This document shows positions 55,191 to 64,000 of a stretch of DNA of 64,000 nt, piece after piece. Both the position numbers and the translations under genes were made by a program. The notes beneath the pieces were generated by a model, which saw only the letters and a list, made by a program, of their open reading frames with translations, did not search any database and was not told where the DNA came from. Source of the stretch: Octopus sinensis (Eukaryota); assembly GCF_006345805.1 (NCBI RefSeq), contig NC_043000.1:161076001-161140000 (forward strand), in the 5' to 3' direction. Within the stretch, counting starts at the first letter, position 1; the number at the start of each line of letters is the position of its first letter.

Positions 55191-58100
55191 TCACGGGCCT
55201 TGGTGGTTTCGCAAAGGAATGGACATAATAAATAGTGCAATCCAATGATTGAAACAAGTAAAAGAAAGAAACGGTAAAAAGTATCTCACAAATTTTCTAC
55301 ATTAGAGGCCTTGCATTCCTTCTAACTAATGCAGATAGTGACCTTTTTGTTTAGTTTCAGGTCAGTTGGCCCCAGAACGATCGAGCTATGATTGCTTTAT
55401 ATTTTCATTTGGGCATATCGTAGAAATTGTTTTATAATTTTTCCATAAATATATTTATCATTATTATTAATAGCATCATTTTCTGCAGCACAGTAGTATT
55501 AGTACAGAAGTGGTAGCATATTCATTCTGATGTGCAACAGATTTTATATTTTAATTTGAGTGAAAGATAAGTTCTGTTTTTGTTTTCCTCTTCCGAATCC
55601 CGTACACTTCGCCATCATTTTCCAATATCACTGACTGCTTCTGTATAGCTTTTCCGTTGACTGACTGGTATCGGCTGTATCATTCAGTGTAAATTTAAAT
55701 TCATCATTAACCTTGCATTCACTTTTGCAATCATTTTCCAATTAAATGATTGCACATATATGGCTCTAACCTCACTCACAATTTCAAATCATTTCCAGTA
55801 CACGATTAACTTCACGATTTCAATTAGACGTCTATTACAGTACAAATACATGCGCACACATACACACACAAATATATTCAAACACAAATATAAACACAGT
55901 CAGCACACACACACGCACACAGACACATACACAAATATACGCATTATATCAAAACCTCATTCATATCAATACACAGTGATTTGAAGATATCTCTTGTCGA
56001 ATTCAAAATCTCATTTAAACTTTTGCAGTGTTGTTTGTAAACCTATCCACTGGTGTGCTTTCCCGTTGACTTTTCTATGTAACCGAGAATCCTGAATTTT
56101 ACGTGAAATTTGTGCTACTTCTTTCTAACGCTCCTGAGAATTAAATCTGCTGCAATACAGACAAATACACACACTTCACCGCTTGTAGAAAATCAGCCAC
56201 TTTACAAAGAAAATGGCTCTTAGCAAGACATATCTTCACAAAAAACACTTCTGTGCATTGCTCACTTCTTATGTTTTTTCACTAACATAAGTTGCAACTA
56301 ACCATTTTGGTCTCCTGACACAAATGGTCTATATCAGTTTTGCAACATTTTTTCTTTTACCATGTCATCCATGACCGTTCCGCAAAAGAAAGCCCAGCGG
56401 GATTAACAACACAAGAAATCCATACAGGACACTCTAGATACATCCACTTAAAATATAACTTTTCCCACTCAACCAAGGTCAACAGGATACACGCATACGT
56501 GTGTGGAAATATATCCAAACGCTTCATAACAACAAATCCACCAGCTCGCTCTTTCTTTGTTCGGAAGCAATGTGCCCGAGAGAAACTCTATACACACACC
56601 AACGCTTCAATCTATTTCTGTTTTCTCCCTTGTCTGCCACTGCCTGTTATTACAGTGATATCTACCGACATTAGAAACAGTTTACGGTATACCCAATCCT
56701 CAAAAGTAATCTTTTGAGGATAGGGTATACTGTAAACATGTCACATCTTGTAGAGCGCTGCCCCGCCATTCTCATTTCCAATGTCATAAGAAATGAAGAT
56801 ATTGTTAAGCAACATCTCTTTCTCTCTCGCTCATTCTCTCTCATTGAAAATGAGTAGCACGCAATTAGAACCATACGATCGCTTCAAATACAACGTCCTC
56901 TCACTGCCGACGATATTGCTGTCGAACGTACATCAATAGAAAGTTACATCTGAAAGTATGGACACTTTCTCAGGACCAGAAAGTACTTCATACTTAAAGA
57001 ACCAATAAAATTCTACGATGCTCAGGTAAAACTCATTACGAGGCATTACCCCATCGATGACTTTTTTCACAATCATTGGAGTGCGGAGCTCTCCTCACGA
57101 ACACTAGTTTATGAGATGGTTGTGATATATAAACAGTTTTCAGTAGGAACCGGAAAGAGACGTATGAAGACGCAATGCTCATCTCAAAATAAAACAGAAG
57201 ATAAGAATAAAGACGGAATACGAATGTCTAACAATTAATATGGCTGTTTGTATGCCGCGTCTGACACCACTGTACGCAGCTTTGCTGCCATTTTCTTGTC
57301 TTCTATCCATACAGCCGTAACAGCCATATTTGACAACATTGAGAAAGGATATTTGACTAATTAACATCATGAGACTCCAATCTGTGCGTAACGTATATTA
57401 TCTATTTGATTTTGTTTGCGCGCGCGTGCGTGTGTGTGTGTGTGTGTGTGTGCGCTGTAGTGGTCTGTTCTCCTCACAGAACTGGCGAATTTTGCGCCAC
57501 TTCCAGTCAGACACTTGAACACTCGAAAGGCATTTGTGTCCACTTCCATTAACGCAGTGTGTTCCTCTCTTCTTTGCATTAAGCGAAGCACTACTCTCAT
57601 TCTCTTCTAAAGATATCGGCCCTCTATTTCCCAGTCGTAGACTTCCAATTATTCGGTTTGAACCTTAACAGCGTTGCTCATTCGGCTATCAGCGTCTGTA
57701 CAGGACATGAGAACAAGACTTCTGCATGTCAAGTCTATAATATGAAAAGTGCAGCTGACAATCCAGGTCCGCTTTGCTATAGACTAATTATACATTTGTA
57801 CACCAATTCCACCTTTGTACCTTCTTATCTCACTATATTTCCCTCTTTCTCTCTCTCTCTCTCTATCATTATCTCTATCTCTGTATCTCGATCTGTCCCT
57901 ATATATATCTCCCACATACGCACATACACTTTTTAAATCGACAATGATCTGACAATGCAGCAGGTTGTACTGGGTTACATGACATGTGATCTGTTGGATG
58001 GAAAAATAGACCTGTCAAATGGTAGATGAACTCGGAATAAACAACGGTCATACAGTAATGTGGCTGTGTACATTTGCATATGATATATATGTGTGTATGT

Positions 58101-60299
58101 GTTTAGTGCACTGTTTGCATTTCATCAAATAAATTTTGGAAGAAATAAGTTAACTGGTTGCTATGGATTGGTGATACCAGTCTTTAAATGATGCTAAATA
58201 GCCATTATGTACTGGTAAGGCGACTGCAGTGTTTGAAAAATGTCCAACGTAGATTGTGGGACAGCTCTCGTATTGCACATAAATTCCAAATTGAATGTTT
58301 GCCACGCTATTATCCTCCAAAATTGTCTCCATAGTGCGGGAACTTGGACAGTATACTAGTATTTTGTTAGAAAGAGTATTCACATCTGAATGGCTTGCCT
58401 ACCGATACATCTAAGTATTAAAAAGCAAGGGTTAAAATCTCAGTATAGAAATACCCAAATGTACCAATACTCACAAGTTTATTATTTCGTTTCAAGCATA
58501 TCCAGCTGCGATTAGGGAACATGCGTCAGAATGCCTGACTATAGGCTACCAAATCATCTATTGCTGCATTTGCTTAAACGGGGGCAGTATTGATGCATCA
58601 AGTAAAAACTTCAAGCGCACTGAAAGCTATGTTGATTTGAATACTGGGCTTGATTTAGTCAACAAAAAATTCTTCCAAGGCGGTGCCCCAGCATGTCTTC
58701 AGTTTAATGACTGAAACAAGTAGAAAGCAGAAAATATGTGTGTGTGTATGTGTGCTTGTTTGTTTGTGTTTGTGTGTAGGGCTTTTGTCCCTCAAAATTG
58801 CGCATGTATCTTTAAGGAATGGGTTTTGTTCCTGGCAATTCTGGTTCTTAATAGAAGACATTGCCGCTAACACGACCGTCTGAAACAGCGTTAGTTTTAT
58901 ATTTAAAAGTAATAAAGAACAAGAAAAAGAAAACAAGAATGGTAGTAAGATGAATAGCAAACTGAAGAAGCTGTCGAATCTGTTGATATAAAAATTAGAA
59001 AACTGTGGTTAAGCTCAGATTTACATAAAAATGTTCTTGAGCCTATGAAGAACCGCCACTTGTAGTGTCCAGTAACAAGAGGAGAAAATAACTCCATAAT
59101 AAGATATGTCTTCAAATATAGCTAAATGATAGACACATGTCAGAAAGTCATTGGCAGTCGCTGATTTTCCCTTATAATGCCTAACGTAGCCACACATTAA
59201 GTAATTATAAGAATCATTCTGATTTCCGCTCCATATCTAGTAGAATCAGCTTTATTTATATAAGGTGATATATAATATCTAATACCTAACATGTCTAATG
59301 TCCAGTCGAATAAGAATAATTTTATTTTTTCAGTGTTAGCCATTTATCACGGAAGAGCTAACATATTTCGTCTTACGAAATGCACTTTGCTACTTGTGAT
59401 CATATCATCTCAAGCAAAATTTTGTTTCTCAACAATAAGCATGGTACGGTGAATCGGCAGGAATTCGTAAAACGGATCGCCATTCGATGTCTCTCATGAT
59501 ATTTAGCGTTTTGAGGTCAAATTTCGAGATAAATATTTGGGATGTGGACTAATACCAACATTTGGCGCTTGGTTATCTTAAGCGGACTCCACTCTGTGAC
59601 AGTCATTCGGATCGTGCCTGCGGTGGTATAGCAAGATACCTCCTATATCCCAACACACCCGGATGATTTGCAAACGGCTATGGGTGCCATCATTCACTCC
59701 CAATTATAAGAAAATGTTTATAACTTCTGTTTATTAAAGAAGTTTGGGAATATGTATTATTAAAACAATGTTTCCTGGAGTCACGGACATCTCAGCAATA
59801 TTTAGTTAAATGATTGAAGGGAACCTCGGTTCCCTTAATACGTATGACGTAGTCTTTATTACGTTAAGTATACATATTGTCCAGCAGAAGTCCTCAAAGA
59901 TTGTAAAATCAAGCAACTGTTACGAAATGATGTGATCTATTTCAATATTTTCCTGTTTAGTTGTGATGTGACAAAGCTTCCATAACATTTACAGTGATTG
60001 TAAAATTTGATGTTGAAGATGATAGGATTGGTATGATAGGATATCTTCCAGGACTCTATTAAAATTCATAAAGGGAAGAACTTTTCGTATGAACATTAAC
60101 GGTCACAATTCTAAGTCAGTGGTAATTTTCAATTATAATTTTTCATTCAAATTTGAAGTTCTCTGTCTTCATAAATATCAGAAACGGAAGACTACAAACC
60201 CATGCACTTTTAACACTTTTTCGGTAGTATATATATATAAATATATATATATATGTATACAGTTGAAAACAAAAGACAAGGTCAGGTGTTTCAGCAACA

Positions 60300-60385
60300 A
60301 CCAAGTGTATTAGTTTGACACTCGGGAAAAATAGAAAATCTGTTACGTTTCGAGCCTACGCTCTTCAACAGAGGGGAATAAGAGA
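60300..60385 (-). repeat. Second copy of the hammerhead-bearing repeat seen at about 5060, core mutated
   Basis: Minus strand CTGTTGAAGAGCGTAGGCTCGAAACGTAACAG..TTTTCCCGAGTGTCAAACTAATAC matches 5068-5130, with A6>U in the core. Confidence 0.7.
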
Positions 60386-60950
60386 AAATAAACAGAGAGG
60401 GAATGAAGAAAACTTGTAGAGTTCTGCGGTCCAACATGGCGAATAATTGAGAAAAAGGAGAGGTTGAAAGAAAGGGAGATACAAAAAAACAAGGTTGAAT
60501 GAAGAGGAGTAAATAATGTGCTAGTGATCTCAACATGAGATGGTGTGTGTGTATGATGTGTGTGAGTGTGTATGTGTGAATAGGGGTGAGTGACTGACGT
60601 GTGTGAGTGTGTGCATGTGTAACGTCTGTGTTTGTGTGTTGCATGTCACAGTTGATGTGTGCCTTTTCACGTGGTGTGTGTGTGACGAAACGGTGTGCAT
60701 GTGTATGATGTATATGTGTGGGTGAAATGAGGTCATGAATAGTGGAGGACACAGTCTGTTTGTTGTTATGCATGGGGTTGGAAAGCAGAGGGTAATAGAA
60801 GGAGACGGAATGGAGTAGGGAAAATCCGGGCTACATATGTTTCATAGCTAGTGGAACCTGAGAAGTGGTAAAATCCAAGCGAGGTGTATGCTGCCGGCTA
60901 GTCTTCAGGCCAAGCATAACTTTATTATGCAAATATATATCTCATCTGTT

Positions 60951-61000
<50 letters not shown>

Positions 61001-61026
61001 GCGCGCACACACACACACACTTACAT

Positions 61027-61427
61027 ATAAAATTGAAAAAATAGAGTCAACATGAAGGAGTACGGTTAGACAGCTATTTAATAAACACTACACACGTTTC
61101 GATACAACATAGATCCAAATATACAAAGGATTTAAATTAAGTGACGGTTTACCTGTATAATGGGATGGTTGCCTCCGTTAGTAAACCATTGACTTCGATG
61201 CTAACATATGCGTTAGCTAGCACATGTTCTAGCATCGAAGTGAAAGGTTTACTAACGGGGGCAGCGATTGTATAATCACGTGAGGAGATACAACTGAATC
61301 CTGTTATGCCGATTGCTTTATTTAAATCCTGTGTATATGTGGATCTATGCTGTATGGAAACACGTGTAGTATTTATTAAGTAGCTGACAAACCGTATTAC
61401 TTGCTGACTCTATTTTTTGAATTTTAC
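61027..61427. repeat. Imperfect about 400-bp foldback with a well-paired central hairpin (61171-61262)
   Basis: 61027-61140 is the reverse complement of about 61315-61427; inner GCCTCCGTTAGTAAACC..CTTCGATGCTA / TAGCATCGAAG..GGTTTACTAACGGGGGC. Confidence 0.8.
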
Positions 61428-61552
61428 TTTCCCACCCGATCATGCCCAAATCTAGAGTTGGAGGTATATCGTAATACTACCAGCGATTTGGTAATTCTAA
61501 GTTCTATTTTCTTCTCTACTACCTTCCTAACTGAATACACCTTATATATATA

Positions 61553-61826
61553 TATTTATATTGTATAGAGGGCATTATTACACATAAATGCCACACTCTA
61601 GGAGAGACTCTTAAAGTCATAACTACCAAATATAAACAAATTGTACCGAATGCAATTCTCAAAGCGAGTCATTTAAAAACAGAATGGAGCTAAATTCTGT
61701 TTTTAAATGACTCGCTTTGAGAAATGCATTCGGTACAATTTGTTTATATTTGGTAGTTATGACTTTAAGAGTCCCTCCTAGCGTGTGGCATTTATGTGTA
61801 ATAATGCCCTCTATACGATATAAATA
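61553..61826. repeat. Near-perfect palindrome (133-bp arms, 8-nt loop), MITE/foldback-like
   Basis: 61553-61685 vs 61694-61826 reverse complementary with about 4 mismatches; loop GGAGCTAA. Confidence 0.93.
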
Positions 61827-61939
61827 AATATTTTCAAAGAAAAAAATTAACTGTTTTTTTCTCTTATGAGGTTTTTCACGCTAACTACTTGATAATTTCT
61901 TGTTAAGATTTCTTATTAAGATTTTATACTAATTTTTAA

Positions 61940-61976
<37 letters not shown>

Positions 61977-62206
61977 TGTGTGGGCGGATGCGCGCGCGCA
62001 TGTTTATATGTTGTACGTGTGTAGACAGGGAGTCACATAGAAAGTAATGAAGATAGGGAGTTACAAAAATACATACATACAACATATAGATACACAATCT
62101 CTCACACGTGTCATTGATCTTAAGCAAACATTTAGAATATATGCCGCAATTTCAAAATAATTTTCTGCTTCACCAACTTCAAAGCAATTCTCCTTAACTA
62201 CTACTT

Positions 62207-62274
<68 letters not shown>

Positions 62275-64000
62275 ACGAAGAAGGAGAACAACCTCCACTG
62301 TATAATTGAAAGAATTACTGAGGTTAAATTGGAAAATGTATCACAATTCGCTAAAACCTATCATACACATAATCAGAAATAAGATAAACTATACCATATA
62401 ACGATACATTAATCGAATATACAGTCCGGCTATTATTAACGATAATAAATGAAATGTGACTGATAATGGTTTCACTATAAGGATAGTCTGATATGCAATA
62501 TTATCTAGCAAAAGACACATGAATATTTCATATTTATTGTTGATGTTTAAATCTATTTCAGCTCCGGTTGAGCAGGTCTATGATCAAATGAGTCATAATT
62601 ATGTATCACTGCGTCCTTCGAACTGGCAATATATATCTAGAACTGGCTATATTTACTTTCTTCTTTACGGTAGTTGTGTCAGCGTGCTTTTTATTTACAA
62701 CAGAACGAAATGGAGGTTTCCTTGTTTTATCGTATTGCATATTTTGCAACGACGAAATATTTCGTTTTGACTTTTTCTCTTACAATGTAAATCTGTAGCG
62801 TTGCTGGCTTTACATCACATTGGGAGCATGGAGTCGTGGATTTTGCATTTGGAAGTTTATGTAGAAACAGTCATGGGTACTCAAACACCGTTTCCACCGC
62901 GTTACTTGGATCTGAGTTAAAAAACATTTGGTGTTAAAAGTAAAAACTTTAAAACGTTGTGAAAGAGGTTTGACCAATTTAATCCCACAAACTCCTATTC
63001 ATCATATTTAATGGTCACCGCATCATTATTCATCCAGTCACCATCATTGTTCATCCATTAGTCTCTGAACTGAAAAAGTGATGGGCACGACTCTTCCAGT
63101 TCAGCCTAATTCAGAACGTTAAAAAAATTAAGTCGGTAATATGAGTGTTTTAGCATTCGAAAAATGTGCTCCATCGATGTAGCGACATTTGATCGCTTCC
63201 AAATCGTTATTTTTGGTACTTTGTACTTCTATGACCTATGAATTTTGCGGGGAAATCTTACGTAGAAAAGTAGAAATGGAGTAATTTGTCTTTCATACAT
63301 GGTGGTGATATATCCAGGTCATAGTATGATATAAATGCGTGGGTATAACAAGTGTTTGATTAATACTGCTTTCTAAGATTCCATGAAACAATCAAAGTAG
63401 TAGGTGCGGTCTTCCAAATGCGAATGTTATTCTCTTTATCCCCGTCCTGTTCTAATAAACTCTGCGGGCATTCTGTGAGATAAAGTTCCTGCCCAACTCA
63501 CATTAAGAGTTTCTGCACAGCCTTCATTTTACCCATTTTTATGATCGAACCATGGAAGTAAAAAAACACGTTTTTGTTGTTGTTTTTTTTTAATATTTTT
63601 TTTTGCTGGAACACCGCTTCTTATAATTGCACTACTGGTCGTAAGAAATTCACATGCTCTGTATTGAATGTCATACGTAGAATCAAAAATAAAATCAGTT
63701 GGAGGGGAAAAAATACAAAAAAAGTAGCTATTATGAGTAATCTTTACAAAAGGGAGATAATTTCAGGAAATTGAAAATTAATTCACTGTTCATTCAGACA
63801 GACAGCAAACTGGATGGGAAACGTCGCTCTAATCGTTCCGGATTTCCCCGCTTAATTCCACCGAGGTCGACTTTGACTTTTATCTTTTCGGAGTCAAGAA
63901 AAACGCCTACCCATTCATGATGATAGATAAGTTTCCCAGTAAAACCCTTGAACCAGATACATTTCGGAGTTTGTTCTGGCTCATTCCATTTTGAGTTAAA

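Noticed and set aside
56340-56717. 125-aa ORF; alternative-frame GGVGKS P-loop-like and NPAG GPCR-like motifs in the related repeat
   Set aside because: The frames are not conserved between the two repeat copies and are broken by stops; the motifs are too short to support a call

Overview
AT-rich animal genomic DNA dense in microsatellites, with no recognisable host protein-coding gene and no CRISPR or prokaryotic features. The repeat style suggests a cephalopod/octopus genome (inference only). The window is largely retroelement debris. It holds two CR1/L2-group LINEs: one near full length on the - strand with a four-CCCH-finger ORF1, and one 5'-truncated on the + strand. It also holds a young 5'-truncated Penelope-like element (RT + GIY-YIG) with a hammerhead-ribozyme motif in its 3' UTR, older Penelope and RTE remnants, at least six fragments of restriction-like-endonuclease (R4/Dong/NeSL-type) LINEs abutting (AAT)n, (TAG)n or (TACA)n tracts, several tRNA-derived SINE families, a tRNA-Gln pseudogene and three long palindromes. 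Best leads: (i) a same-strand stack of different REL-LINE families in AAT microsatellites plus a TACA-flanked family; (ii) a LINE and an abundant SINE sharing a 3' tail with a compensatory base-pair change; (iii) a hammerhead with a U3:A8 core variant. Most ORF-track entries are microsatellite or antisense artefacts.
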